NCBI GenBank assembly: GCA_051294905.1
Contig: CM119371.1
Coordinates: 13,704,001-13,768,000, forward strand
Length of the DNA stretch: 64,000 bases
Direction of reading: 5' to 3'
Source of the DNA: Botryllus schlosseri
Lineage: Eukaryota
Within the stretch, counting starts at the first letter, position 1. Each line of letters starts with the position of its first letter. The position numbers and the translations under genes were made by a program. Shown in pieces: positions 36,634 to 51,428 of this stretch. The notes beneath the pieces are model-generated. The model made no database searches. It had not been told where the DNA came from and saw only the letters and a list, made by a program, of their open reading frames with translations.

Positions 36634-38206
36634 CAGGGGTCGTCAACCTTTTGCTAGTCGCGGGCCAAATTTCGGGTGTACAACTTTTTGGCGGGCCGGA
36701 ATTTTTCCTGGTACTATATTTTACGCTCGCTTCGGTATATTATCCTACATTGCTGCAATCTCAATCACACCAATCAGAAGACACATGTATTTACACTTCA
36801 ACAACACAGAATAAATATGACAATTAACGCAGCTTGCTTTGTGAAAGGTTTTCAACTTCTGGTAACAAGTCAGATGAAACAAGAATCAGACCATATTCAA
36901 AATGGACGTCCGAAATGCGTGATCTTAGCTTGCTCTTCGTGAATTTCACTGTTCAAAACTATTGTTCACATGCGTACGTGCTCCAAAAAATCGATGTAAT
37001 TTTTTTTGCATTATTGTTGGTCAAGCTGGGATAAAGACCAATTTCAATAACGTACTTTTTGTCAAAGTCATGCAGCGATATGCTCTTTGTATGAAATTTG
37101 TCATTCAATACAACTGCATCGCATTTCAGAAAGGCCCATTTGAAATTTTCAGGCAATGGTATTGGCGTCCACATTAAACGGAGTACTGAAGAGTCAGAAT
37201 TCATTTTTAGATAATGGAATGCCGGAAAAGATAGTGAATATTCAGTAGTAAATTTCGTATCACAGTTACAAATGTAGTGTTGGTCCAAGGTTTTTTCTCC
37301 TCCAGTATAGGCAGGTATGCATAATTTTCTTTGTACTGTTGACATTTCCAGAGTCACAGATTTGTTTTGAATGCGCCTTAACATCTCATGTATTTAGTTG
37401 TTTTCCCCTGAAGTTGCAAATTCAATTTGTTCAGATGTGACGTTAAATTTACCAGGAAAGCAAGATGAGATACCCATTTTCGATTACAAGATTATGAGTC
37501 GGCGATATTTGTGTTTTCGAGGAAAGTTGCTATTTTATTTCTCAGCTCATACACTCGTGTAAGCATATCTGCTCGACTTAATGCGCGAACATGACAGATA
37601 TAGGCCTACATGACATCGCCATATTGATTCTCTGCTTCTAGTAATATCTGACGTAACTGATTCAGTTAATGAGACAAAAATCATATTAGCAGTTTTCACC
37701 ATTGTGGCCAAAACACTATTCAGGTTTGTTGTCTTGGCACACAATGCCTTCTGGAAAATTAAACTATAGATAGACTAACTAACATACGGATGCTAGTTAC
37801 CTATAATTGAACAGTTTTACATTCCGTCATTGCGTCTGAGATGTTCCAAGCGTTTTTGAACCAAAGGAAAGGCAGTAGAACACCTTTATTGTCACACCCC
37901 ATTAGAGAGGTAAACCCTTTAAAGAGTATGGAACACCTTCGGTTTCGAGATGCACTGATCCAGTCTATCTCCATCTCCTACTTCAACCACCTTCGTTTTA
38001 TGGTGTAACAATAGACTAATACGATGTAGTCTACTATTATATTGTAGCAATGCCGCATATTTGTCATGCCGCGCTGCACTGCAGATTGAAACTCATTATG
38101 AAACGGCGGGCTGTATTCTTGTGATAACTAATTATTATGTCGCGGGCCGGACGATTTCGCTTGGCGGGCTGGATCCGGCCCGCGGGCAGTAGGTTGCCGA
38201 ACCTTG
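36634..38206 (-). mobile_element. Internally deleted Charlie/Buster hAT transposon
   Basis: Ends caggggtcgtcaacct / aggttgccgaaccttg; perfect TSD ccctaaaa; carries a transposase fragment. Confidence 0.92.
36830..37384 (-). pseudogene. hAT (SPIN/GTF2IRD2/Charlie-like) transposase C-terminal dimerization domain, decayed
   Basis: YPSLTNNNAKKITSIFWSTYACEQ*F*TVKFTKSKLRSRISDVHFE matches the family pattern FGSTYxCEQxFSxMKxxKSKxRSRLTDxHL. Confidence 0.85.
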
Positions 38207-38359
38207 CCCTAAAACTATCCCATGGACCCGCAGTGGTATAAAACAAATCTTGATCAATTTTGCGCATGGGCGGGCGGCCAGTCTGTTAAGAAGCAGCCGG
38301 AAATTGCTGACAGTATCCGGTTACCCAACCGTTCGGTTAGTTATATATACTGACACGAG

Positions 38360-38545
38360 TCACTTCAGCGTCAGTGGCAGCGGGTTGGAATCTGGTCGGA
38401 AGCAAGTTTTACCTTTTATAGGCGACAGCGTTCCGACGTATCGATCCATCGCGTCCTCTATCCTTATGACAAAATCTTCGTCGTTGAAATCAACTTCTTC
38501 GGTCAGTGCCAGAAGGCGCTCAAATTCGTTGACGTTGGTCTGCGC
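38360..38545 (-). CDS. KIF2: Kinesin-13 C-terminal coiled-coil exon (3' edge either the donor at 38413 or the stop at 38360)
   Basis: AQTNVNEFERLLALTEEVDFNDEDFVIRIEDAMDRYVGTLSPIK resembles KIF2A [20 protein letters not shown]; acceptor at 38547-38546. Confidence 0.8.
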   Translation of the reverse strand, partial: AQTNVNEFERLLALTEEVDFNDEDFVIRIEDAMDRYVGTLSPIKGKTCFRPDSNPLPLTLK

Positions 38546-38646
38546 CTGCCGAGATCATTGTGAAACAAATTACTTTACATAAATTACTTTTTGGCAAGTA
38601 CTGCATTATCGCCAGGCCGTCGTTTTCATGAATGGGTAATATATAC

Positions 38647-40731
38647 CAGGGTTCGGGAACCTTCTTCGACCGGACAGCCACGGACAGCCATATCAAGTCA
38701 ATATTTTTACATGTAACTCGTATAGAGCCATAAATGTCAATTACCTGATACGTCATAATTGAACATTCTTGACGTATTGGTAGCACCAATACATGGACTT
38801 CGTAGTGTGCGCCATATTTTATCTACTCGCATGCGTTGGTGGAGACAAACATGATAAAAAGAGCAGTACATACATACATAGGAACCGTTATCGATGTTTA
38901 TAAATGACTAGATTTTGAATATTTTTACTTCCAAAATCAAGCAAGCCGGCGCAGCCATTGCCCCCGTCACCGTGATCGTAATACGACCTAGAACAGGGGT
39001 GGGCAAACTTTTGAGCTCGCGGGCCGCATTCAACATCTGAATCCATTCGCGGGCCGCACTATATAAAATTGGGATTATAAACCAAAACGCAATATTGATA
39101 TTTGATTATATCGCGGGGACATGGAGATATGTGTCAAGTCAAACATTGCTTTGATGATATCGTACATGCATCAGAATCATATATAGTGGCTAGATTTCAT
39201 AGGCTGGCGGACCTCAATAACCAATTTGTCAAAATATAGGGATGAAAGTCTGTTGGCCAGATTCTTACAACAGGATTGAAATTTAAATCTGTGAGAAGTG
39301 ATCTATTCATAGATTTACTAATTCCACTTTTGGTTCAGTTCCAGGACACACAATGCTGACAACATCATGACCATGTTAGCTTCTACTATGTGTAGATGAA
39401 ATATATATACCCCCATTCTATGCATACAGACAACGAATCTACCTAAGACACGCTCGAATCGTTTTTTATAAGCACATTACTGAAATAATTAAAAATGTAG
39501 TGGCCAATCTGAAATTCCACTGGTGATCCAAATTATGTCAATCTTGTTACTATCCCGCTGTGATATTAAGTATTTACTTTAGATCAGTGGTTCTCAAACT
39601 TTTTAAGACACGCCCCACCCCCCTTGTGGTGGTGAAAGATTTCGCGCCCCCTTACCGTCATATCACAAAACGCAACCAGGATGCTATGCAAACCTAACGG
39701 GGATAGTTTGATGGCAATGGAACGTTACGACTGTGGAGGAGAGGGTTTTCTACATGTAATTCAGACGAAATGCAGAGCAATACCTGCTATGAAATGGATG
39801 TGAATAATCGCGCCAAGCGCGAAAAAAAATTTCAGTTGAGCTCAGTTTCGCGCCCCCTTCAGAACCACTGTCTTAGAAATGGTTAGAATTATCACGCTGA
39901 AATATACTGAGAAAAAGTTAATCAAGTCCCTGCAATAATTCGATTTTTAGTACGCATTTTATCAATATTAAAAAAAAAGTTTCTTTAGACTCTAGCGGGC
40001 CGCACAGAACGGTGTTGCGGGCCGCATGCGGCCGTAGTTTGCCCACCCCTGACCTAGAACCACCGAAGCAGAGAGAAAAAAATTGTCAAAGGATCTGCGC
40101 TGAAGTCGCAGGCTCACAACTCACCCATTCAGAGCCTGCAATTCTACGTTGAGCTTCCTATTACAGGACCCGACCGGTTCTAGTATTCAGTATTCGGCTA
40201 GCAAAACGTTGCGCTACACGCCTTCATTTTAACAGCGGTACTAGAAAAGCTACTTAGCAATCAATAACATGCAAAGCTATGGCGTTGTTTTCAATTTGAA
40301 TTGTGAATGTCACTTCCGAGGCAGTTCATTTCTTGGCGTTGATCAGAAAGAAAATGTGTTTTTGAAAACTGCATTGTCATACAAGCGTCGCCATGTCTGC
40401 TATTCTCTTTGATCAAACAAGGTCTCGTGCAATCTACGATTTCGAGGCCCGCGATGTCAGGATGATCGACTTCGCGAGTGATGTTAGTCGCCGGTGCGAC
40501 AGCAACATAGAAATTAGAAGATTTTTAAAAGGGGGGTACGAGACCCTAACCCTGGATACTCCACTGTCTTGACCTCTCAAGACATGTTGATGCTACCATA
40601 CTAATTTTTTCTGGTCGTTGTGAAAATTTACCAACGAGTTTCTGCAATATTTACGAATTTATTACAAAATTAACAATTTGTTGAAGAGCCACATCTTAAT
40701 GCCCAAATGAGTCATAGGTTCCCGACCACTG
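38647..40731 (+). mobile_element. Older hAT element, outer layer of a nest
   Basis: Ends cagggttcgggaacct / aggttcccgaccactg; flanks atatatac / atacatat (6/8). Confidence 0.6.
38994..40051 (+). mobile_element. Charlie/Buster-type MITE, itself containing a MITE at 39585-39870
   Basis: TIR caggggtgggcaaact / agtttgcccacccctg; perfect TSD acctagaa; inner element cagtggttct ... agaaccactg. Confidence 0.92.
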
Positions 40732-41551
40732 ATACATATGGGACGTATATTCGTTACGCAAAAACATCAGCACAACAGGGACTAACGGGGTTTGTCTGGG
40801 ATATCGACAGAGGCGGTGAAAGTAGTCAGCGTAAGTAGGGCGTTATCGATTTTTTGTCCTTGCGACCTACTGATCCGGAGGCCGGACACTGTACAGGTAA
40901 TTAGTTACAGGTGGAAGTAGCGCTTTCCAAGACACGTCAAAACTACGCTAAGTGGAAGTATAAAACGAAGGCATGATAAATACTTGTAGTTTCAAAAATG
41001 AAATCGGTCAAGGGGTCGCATACCTTTAGCAGTGAATCGGAGACGGGCTGCTCCAGAAATTGTAAAGTGAATGAAAACAATGCGAATAGGTGCAATTTTT
41101 GCAGATATATATAGTTACTGCACACATATGTCAAGACTACATTTCACTTCTCAAAATCCTTAGTGTAAAAAAACTATCCGTTTTGCCAAAGAGAACTGTC
41201 AAGGTGATGTGGAAGTAGTCTAAAAGCATCATTATTCAAGCATTATTGCAGTAGTACAACTTGCAGGAGTTCTTTAAAAAAGTAGAGTCACTTCATTACT
41301 GCCTGCCGACACATCTAAAATCTACATTGTCAACCGGTGCCGGCATCTGTGTATTGTCAAAGACCGCCGACACATATCTATCTACAGGGCCTGGCTGCCA
41401 CATCGACGGTGATAATGATTTGCGAAGAAATAGGGAAGCGACAAAAAAATACAGAAAAAAGAAACGCATAACCCCGAACGTCACAAGGCAGCTATCATTC
41501 GCGGGGCCTTGATTTCGCCTGGAAAACATGAAATATTATCTGTCAACCTAC

Positions 41552-41656
41552 CACGCTGACGAAATTTCGCAGGCAATCGGCCATTTCGTCTTGCTTTTGT
41601 CGTAGCTTTGTGACGGCTTTCGTGATGACCATCATTTCCCGCGAGACCTCGTTTTG
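41552..41656 (-). CDS. KIF2: Kinesin-13 exon (tail)
   Basis: QNEVSREMMVITKAVTKLRQKQDEMADCLRNFVSV resembles KIF2A [20 protein letters not shown]; 105 nt, AG/GT edges, phase 0-0. Confidence 0.8.
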
Positions 41657-41872
41657 CTGTCGACACAGAATTAACATAAGGCTCAAATGGTTAACGGAGC
41701 ACAGCGACAAATGTTTGGACTGCGAGCGATTCGAGAGCCATAGTAACATCAGTTAATGTAGCGTTGAAATAGTACAGATAATGTGGAAAGTACTACCTTT
41801 TACGTGGCCACTAAGATAATAATGCTAATACTAAATCGCATAACTGATTATTTGGTATTCTTTCGACCATAC

Positions 41873-42549
41873 CAGTTGTTCTCAATCTTTTTGTCTTCGC
41901 GGACACATATCAGTTCGAAGCGATTTTTACAGCTTTTTATTTACATGAAAATCCGCGTCTTCGATTTGATATGAACGATCATGAGTGCCGAAAATATTCC
42001 CACAAAAATTGACGCTGAGGGATGTAATAATACTGCGTGACGCTTGCAAAGACACATTTTTCTGTGATCGCAACTTCCATGGCACCATAATTAAGAAACA
42101 GAGTTTAAATGAACATAGGACGTCCAGCCATTTCTATCATGCATCTCATATCTCGAAGTTATTCTGGAATAGTGATTTTGTATAGCACAGTAGAGAATAT
42201 ATTTCGTGCCGAGGTTTCAACCCCTTCATTGGGCGAGATCAGGGAAAAATCAGGCATTTCCATTTCAAGCATCTCCAACAAGGCAACGAAACGTTTCTAA
42301 ACTGGAATATGTTTTTATCAATGGGCTATTGGCAATTTGGCAATTAAAACGAGTTTAAACTGTAGGACACCTTATCTCCGATTACCATTAATGATGCGAG
42401 TTCTGAAGTTTTAGCAGTTATGAAACGAAACTGTATCATGCTTTCGCGAATTTAATTACGATTACGATTGACCGGTGATCAATCAGTTTACAAAAAGGTT
42501 TTGCGGACCCCATGGAAATGCATCGCGGACCCCCGGTTGAGAACTTCTG
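41873..42549 (+). mobile_element. hAT MITE
   Basis: Ends cagttgttctcaa / ttgagaacttctg; perfect TSD gaccatac. Confidence 0.88.
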
Positions 42550-43025
42550 GACCATACCATTTCAGTGCAGTCTGTGACAATGCCGTGGGTTGATCATCAC
42601 TTCACATATGTCATTCCCACTAACGTGGTTAGCTTTTTGCCTCAAGTTTGATACGCTGCGATATGACCATTCGAGATTCCAGTCTCCCACAGTGGAAAAT
42701 ACTATCGAAACTGTAATACTAGTTGATAAATTCACTCTTAGTGGATATGCGTGTGTATCATTTCATTACTCGAAAAAAAAAACGTCTCACTAGATTCAGC
42801 TTCGAGTACTCATTGTGCCTATAGCCCTAGTGATTAGATACACAGTGACATTTTTCATAGTACTCAAAAGAAGATTCCCTCTTTCGTGTTTTTGCTACTT
42901 TAGTCCAACATCTGTGTTAGAATCATTGTTCAAAGCCCTAGTCACGATATCATATTAGAGATTTTTGAAAAATGCAGCGCCGTCCCACGACACTGTTCGC
43001 TGACGCGTTGCAGAATCTGACGTAC

Positions 43026-43125
43026 CTGAACAGAAGCAGCAAAAATACATTCGATTGCATCTGTGTCGGACCCGTGATGGCCCGGCATCTTGTCGGAGTG
43101 TTTTGCATACTCCAACTCCTTCACT
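43026..43125 (-). CDS. KIF2: Kinesin-13 exon (end of motor, R-VKEL)
   Basis: Completes YANR|VKELEY...; 100 nt, phase 2-0, AG/GT edges. Confidence 0.85.
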
Positions 43126-44592
43126 CTGAAAAGAATAGCACATACTAAATCACACGTAAAATGGAGTTTACTTCATATACTGCAACGGGCCGTTTGGAAT
43201 TTTCAGGTTCTGAAACTGGTTTATACAGTAACGGTAACCGGTAGTTTGCATGATAAAAAGATTATAAATGTAACACATCAAAAACAGGACAGTGCATTAA
43301 TGACGTATCGCATATTCGACTAATGAGATGGTTGATCTTGTTTTTTATCTGATATGTCTCAATTGCTAGTTTCGTAGAGGGGAAGCTGAAGATGAATAAA
43401 TAGCTTGTTGCTGTACTAGTATTTTTATTAGTTCTTATTTCATCCCTTCTGTTATAGTGGAGTAGACTTAGGGATGCCCCCAGGTTGGGAACCACTGCTA
43501 TTCACGACACTTAAAAAGGTACAGATTTGGCTGTATAAGCGACATATCAATCGGACCGCAGAGCAGAAGTGGTCAAAGGTAGTCATCTTTGGTACTCAAG
43601 CACAAGCAGTGATTTTCGAATAGAAAAATCAAGTATCCCAGACTCCCAGTGTTGAATACAAAGCTGAATACTGTTGAGTAGAACACCATGAGCTGCGAAT
43701 TTCACAATTCAAATGCGAAATTTTCAGCATCACGATCGCGAATATCAGCAGATGGTCATTGTCGTAAATGGGTAATTCCTCGTCAAATGAAAGAGAATGT
43801 ACGCACCAAGGTCGGCTTATTTGCATATCCACATCGACTTTACATACACACAGAGAATACCATTCATTTTCTAAAATGTTCTCGACAAACAATCATATTC
43901 CCATTCAATAGACCACTCAAACACATAGCCTACTCTGTATCGCCACTATATCGGCCATCTTATCACGGGTCACAGGTTTTCAATCCGCACCACGTCTGCC
44001 AAGTCGCTTGTAAACACGTCCGAGGTCTCCGCCGAAGCAATATGTTCGAGTCATCCCACAAGCTACCATATTCCCACAACTTATTGCGTTCGTTCTTGTC
44101 ATTGACAGGCGCCTGATCGCCGACGGCAACCTCCCGGTAGGTAGAAAGCCACGTATTGCTACGGCTAGGATCGCTGGCCGAAGCGTGCGGTTTCAGGGCG
44201 CGTGCACGAGTAGGCATTAGGCCTATGTCCTTTCTTTATTCCCTATTGGGACCCCCTCATCCTTTTTAACATTCTTTCGGTATGCGAGAGTTGTCGTGTT
44301 TCGGTTAACGTGTTTTGGGGTTATTTTCGTCAGATGTTCAGATTAGGATTCGACAGCAACGGTGACGGCGACGTTTAACTTAACACAGCGTCGAAGTCCG
44401 GGCTTGACGATGAGAATGCTTCGACACTATCATATTTAAACGATATACGTACGCGTAAACACCACATAGTTACAATCACCACAAATATAATAAAATCGAA
44501 ATAACGGGAGTAGAAAATCCACATGTAGTGTCGGAAAACCAATAAATTATAATTGCGTTGTAGCGAAATGAACGTACGATAGGAACGTCAAT

Positions 44593-47500
44593 CAGGCATG
44601 GGATGATTACTTCACGAATGTCATCGATTGCGATTACGATTACTTGTGAATCCCGAGATTACGATTACGATTACAGCATAATCAGGAAGTAGTCGATTAC
44701 GATTACGATTACATTTCAAAAGTAATCACGATTACCCACGATTACATTTGTTTTGCTTCTTAGAACTAATTTCAGAAGAGATATTGGAAGACAATATAAG
44801 GCTTGCGATGAAAAGGTCTAATGAATAACAACTTTCTTTGTAAATCATACGTCATTTGCTTGTTACGTCATAAGGCACCCATTGCCCAACTATATATGCA
44901 GGACTATTTGTCGCACCTAGCGATTAGCATTATTGCCAGGTCCGTAACTGCCACACTCCAAACTCCCCAATAGGACCGAGAGCGAGCTCTAAGGGGACTC
45001 AAAAGTATTTCGTAAATCAACATCAATTATTATAGAGTATTTTCAAGAGAGTTAATTAACTTGAAAATTGTCTTCGAGCTTCGGGATTTAATGACTTTGA
45101 ATAGCTTGATTTTGAAATGTATATCTCTCCCCCTCAAGAAATAAAATGCATAATTTATAGGAATAGGCATTTCGGTGGCGGTCATTGCCCCGCCACGACA
45201 CACCAAAAGAAGTATGCAATTTCGGCCAACATTCAACTCCACAGTGTGTGCTACCAAAGAATGACCTTGGCCAAAACTTTGGTTATGTGTCCATCGTCAG
45301 TAGCCGCGCTCTGTGAGCGTCACGAATAGTCCGGTCCTTCCAATCTGAGCCCCAACAATGCAAATGCCACCCGGGGCACTCACAGAGGAATAAAGACATG
45401 ACAGTTTGTGTGTGCGTCTCACGAAAGTTTTTTTTTAGTCTGCTATACGCTTGGGCGACTGCAGTATCTTTTGATTATATAAAAGACGGGAGGTCACGAA
45501 TTAACAACATACACTAAAGTCATTATAACAACAACCCAGATGCTATAATTACACTGGTCAACACATATTTTTAGGCAGACAAAGTAAGAGTGGTGTTGGG
45601 GGTTCTGAAGGGCACTGATACCGAATATGACCTTAGTTTTTTCAAATTGGCTATTGTTGAGGAGATAGCTATGGGGCTGTTTTGACCAAAATCTTCCATT
45701 TTCGCGGTAATGACTAGATATAAAATTGGCTTAGTGGTACTATAAAGTTTAGAAATTCAATCTACTTGTTATTTTTACACAGAGAAGACTATATTAAATC
45801 AAAATACAGCAACAGCACTATATTTTGGGGTATTAGATTTATCATAGTTACAGACTTTCACGGATATCATGCACATAAATAACTCCAGTCATGTATAGAA
45901 TATTACCTAGATACTCAAATAACGTGGCATTAATTCAATCAGTTTTACGTCAACCACCTATTGTAAATTTGAAATAATCAGTAGGAATACAATATCATTG
46001 ACATATTTTAAACTGAAATTTGTTTTTTGTACGATTTTCGCTCGTAAGCTATTTAGTGCAGTTTCTCGAAAGGTTCCGGCAACGGTCTGACATAATATGA
46101 TCAATGGTTCATCTCATCTGCCCTGGTATCTTTCTATTGTTGTTCTGATGTCTTGTTACAACATCTCCCCTTGCTAATCAACATGATGATCGGGAAATAT
46201 ATCCAGATGAACTTTTATGCTCATGTTTGTTCCAAGTTTTCGATATGCAGATACGAATTTTCGGACCAACTGTTTGTAGTTGGGTGCTTTGTGATCAGCT
46301 AAAAAGTTTTGTTTACTACATCTTAGGAGAAATTACATGCTGTGAACTCCTAATGTGAAATTGGAATCTTTCATCGGTATTCGAATATACCAGATACCAG
46401 ATTTAAGCTTCTCGTTAGATAGGGTTACTATATGTATATCCACTTGACTCAGTGGAAAATTATCCATTTATCCATTTCACAGGTAAGTTTCAGATCAATC
46501 CGGTTCAACCCACTTTTTTCCACTCTGCTCGAGTGAAATAGAATGGCTCGTATCCTTAAAGAGGCACTGCGCTCTAAAAATGACGTGGTCTCAAATTGAA
46601 GGTAAAAACGAACAAAAATGTTTGGCTGCAACCATTTCCTTCAGAACGCCACCGTAATGGTGCTACAATTTATTGAAATTTCTACAAGACCAGCTGCCGC
46701 GGCTGCTTAACCCGATACATGGCACGATATCTTCACCGTCGCACTTGCTCGACGCGATTAGGCAGTCACGCAGAGAACGAATTTTAGATACTTGTCAGCC
46801 GATGTTATGAAGGAAATGTGTCTATTATAAGTTTCGTTCTCTGCGTGACTGCCTTATCGCGTCGAGCAAGTGCGACGATGAAGACATCGTGCCATGTATC
46901 GGGTTAAGCAGCCGCGGCAGCTGGTCTTGTAGAAATTTCAATAAATTGTAGCACCATTACGGTGGCGTTCTGAAGGAAATGGTTGCAGCCAAACATTTTT
47001 GTTCGTTTTTACCTTCAATTTGAGACCACGTCATTTTTAGAGCGCAGTGCCCCTTTAAGAATACGAGCCATTCTATTTCACTCGAGCAGAGTGGAAAAAA
47101 GTGGGTTGAACCGGATTGATCTGAAACTTACCTGTGAACATAACGACTTGGACTCGTACTCGAGTCAAACACTATGACTCGAAATCGACCCTAAACTGGC
47201 TGACTTGGACTCGGACTTGACTCGACGGTGAATTGAAAATGACTCAACTCGACTCGAGTCAAAACTATAAAAGTGAGATTGACTTGTGACTCGGAACATT
47301 TTGACTTGGTTACAACCCTACCAATACCAACGTTTGGAGTGGGGGACGAATTGCTGTTTTGGTCCTGATTGTACCTACAGCCCATGCTAACATGGTGTAT
47401 AAGCGGATGGCTATGGCGACAGATATAGATGTCGAGTGAAGAATTGTGAAGTAGCGATTGGCGCCCGTTTCCAGTAGAGTGATATGAGAATAAGATAAAG

Positions 47501-48248
47501 TGAACTTACAATTCTACCTTGCACTTATTACAGATACTGCAACCTGCCGTTACGAGAAACGGCAAAGAACGGCTTGGTTATGATATATATCAGCAGCTGT
47601 TGATTTTACCCACCGTGATGTTTTATTTACCGAGTACAAAATTTCAAATCTTTGTCCGGTGTACGTACAATACATACGTATCCTACATAGTCATAGATAG
47701 ACCTACTGCTCGCCAAGCAGCAACGGTCAAACTGCGTTTAACTAAGCATAACCATACATTAATACACAAGTTACTATTTGAAACTAGGTAGAGTGGTGAT
47801 TATTATCTTGCTGCGAGGTGGTGGCGTCTGGAGTGTATTGATAACCTGATATACAGCATGGCTTACACTGCTTTATAACAATCACACAACAATGTACATC
47901 AAATATATATATTTACTACGTGTGGATACTTCTTACGCAAGGACGAGCAGAGCTAATACTTCTGACGCAATAATGAGCAGTGGCGTTTGAAAATCAACCG
48001 TTTCCGCTATCAATAACCTGATATAATATCTCTTCTTGCTCACGAATGTTCGGTTACGTCATATTCATTGTACAAATAAAAAGTAATCGTTCTTTCACAA
48101 AGAAATCGATTAGATATGGAAAGTAGTCGAGTACGATTACGATTACTTTGTATTTTTTGGAATGTAATCGATTGCGACTACGATTACTTGAAAATGTTGT
48201 AATCGTCGTAATCGATTACGATTACTAATCGCGATTACCCCATGTCTG
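44593..48248 (+). mobile_element. Non-autonomous hAT element with GATTAC subterminal repeats (intronic)
   Basis: Ends caggcatggg / cccatgtctg; perfect TSD acgtcaat. Confidence 0.9.
46476..47138. repeat. Near-perfect palindrome with ~310-bp arms and a ~50-bp spacer
   Basis: ttcacaggtaagtttcagatc ... gatctgaaacttacctgtgaa; mirror ORFs 46449-46631 (-) and 46983-47177 (+). Confidence 0.95.
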
Positions 48249-48334
48249 ACGTCAATACGCCACAAATTTACGATCACGACAACGAAAATCGGAAAGAAAT
48301 AGCGGCCAGAGTACGAATTCCGTGTGTAGCATCA

Positions 48335-48616
<282 letters not shown>

Positions 48617-48909
48617 CTAATGAGATATCGGTGGTCGTGCCTCTGGTATAGCAAACCGAAGTCCCTGGATTCTATCGGCACCATCTATCTTCGAAGCACA
48701 TGTTGTCAGTAAGGAAGTACTTCTGAGTTTCCAACTCACAAAAAGTAGTAGCCTACTTCTATTAGTGCTTACCGTTTTTAGCGAGAAACTGGATCTAGAA
48801 TATTTTTATACTTGCTTAGAAATCACTGTTTCTACTCGAGTAGGAAATTCCATCACTACTTCTACTCGAGTGCTAACGAGCTGCGAGCGAAAAAAATTCG
48901 GTGCAATCA

Positions 48910-49161
<252 letters not shown>

Positions 49162-51428
49162 TCATGCAGCACAGAAGCGATGATCTAGTGCAGTGCTTTT
49201 CAACCTGTGTGACGGTTCGCACTAGTGCGAATGAAAACATTTCAGTGCGAATGACGAGCGTGGTGCGAATGGTGCGAATGAAAAATCCGGATGAGTGCGA
49301 ATGAAAATTGTCCATGTTTCTCACATTTTCCGACGTGGAATAATTCAAATAAACACGATATAAGTACAGTGAGCCCGTAAATTTTGTCGTTTGGAAGCAA
49401 TTCTAAAAACTTGTTGGTAGCTAGGCTTTTCTAGTTCACAAGTGAGGAACGTTCCCGATGTGTGTATAATGCAAAGTTTGAGATAATATTTCCGCACGAG
49501 CGGATTACATCACAGCATGGAAAAAAGAAGGTGTTGAATCGGTATCAGTTGCTCACTTGCTCGGAAACATCCACCCTATAGGGATATTGTATACGGGCCT
49601 TGTATGAATGTAGTAGGTAATAGTAGCTGATGCCAGTGTTGACATTTGGCATATGGGAATGCAAAATATTGGAATTTTGGCACACATTCATGTTGATTAA
49701 CAGCAGAAATTAGCGTTTCTTCAACTATAACAATTAGCACATTAGATCTATAACAAGTGTTGTTTACTCGTGTACCTAACCAAGGATTAGAGGCCAGAGA
49801 GACCAGTGCCAAGGCCTCTTTGTAATGTGAACTCCACAATTTAGGCTTAGACACGCTTTCCTGTTCTTGGATTGATGATCTCAGGCCAAGTCTAGATCGT
49901 AAAGGCATAGGCCTATATATAACATCCCAGCAAACACAAAACCGTAAAAGGATCATCCGGGATCATCTCGATTAGGTTCTGATTTTCTAAGTGTCGAGGG
50001 AATGTCTAAAATACGTAGTAGGATGGTCTTGTGGTTATATTCAATCAGAATAAATTCATACTCGGTGTTGTTCCATCTCATGCATTAGGCTTCGTTATAT
50101 CCGGTAGTTAACCTAATAATGCAAATTTTCTATCTCTCGCGGGTACGACTAAAATACGTAGAAAGGATGACTTTGTCGGTACATTCAATCACGATGAATT
50201 CTATCCGGTTTTGTTCGATCTCATGCGGTAGCTTCGTTCTATCCATTAGAAAACAATGTTCTCCCTTCGTTTTATTGCGTGAGGATGTCACCGGTGTTGT
50301 ATATTCGTGTTGTTGCTCTAAGGTCGAATAGTTTTGTTTTCCTCTGATATATATGATCTTCATTATATATATATTCGCTCTTTCGGTAATCTCGCATGTT
50401 CAACGAGTATGGTTAATAGTTTTATTCAGAGAATAACTAAATAAGTGATATGTTGTACGTTTAGGAATATGATTATCGATGCGTGACTTCTAGAATATTT
50501 CGGCGATTCAAATTTTACGTCATCGCGCCATACAAAGATTTGAAGCGCAGCAGGTCGCAGCCAGGCATAGTTCGCTCTTTCTGTATGGTAAATGCCGTAA
50601 ATATATAGGAATTGTGACTGACTGAGGTAGCGGGTTAAAGGTATATATACAGTAGCATATAGCTTATGGGGTATTTCGAATTGCCTGTAGTATATGACGC
50701 CTAGAGCTGTTTGACTTTCTGCAAAACAGGTGTAGACAACTATAGAAAAGTTTCAGCTTTTCCAGGTTAGAATTAGAGCTAAACCGTTTTTCCGAATTAG
50801 ATTACAATTATATTGCTGGCATTTCGCTCTAATTTAGTGAAATTAGACCACTATAATTCGCTTCAAACATCTGAATTACCGGTACCTATACCTACGGTAT
50901 ATCATAATATTTATGCTTGAATTTTCTAGGTATATAAGTCATATAGATACATTCCTGTAGAACACTGATTCATGATTTTATAAAAGTTGGTGCAAGAATG
51001 GACATTTTCAACTTGATGTTGATTAATGGAGCAAAATTTGATATTTGAGTGCAATTATACCTCGAATCCAGTGACAAGATTATTAATCGTTGAAACCAAA
51101 CGCAGCTTGATTATGTTGGCCCAGAGAATTTGGCTAGCCAGACCATATTGATGGAATATGGTCACAGTAAGATAATATTTTGGGCTATTTTACATGAACT
51201 TTCCAACATTTGATTTGATATGTCCACTAAAACAGTTGTTATTCTGCTTTCGAATAAGACCTTAATTGCTGGTTTCAATGGTAACTGTGTTTGTCAAAGG
51301 CTGCAAAGGTAATTTCTTTTCCTTGTTAGATGTTTATTTGTTTGTTTGTGGTGTTCATGGTGGTGGTTCGACTACACTGGTCATTTTACACCAGGCCGGT
51401 TCTTATTATTATTATTCCGTATCTGCCC

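Noticed and set aside
37716..37750. Candidate last kinesin exon (EGIVCQDNKPE*)
   Set aside because: It lies inside the TSD-bounded hAT element 36634-38206 and does not resemble the KIF2 C-terminus.
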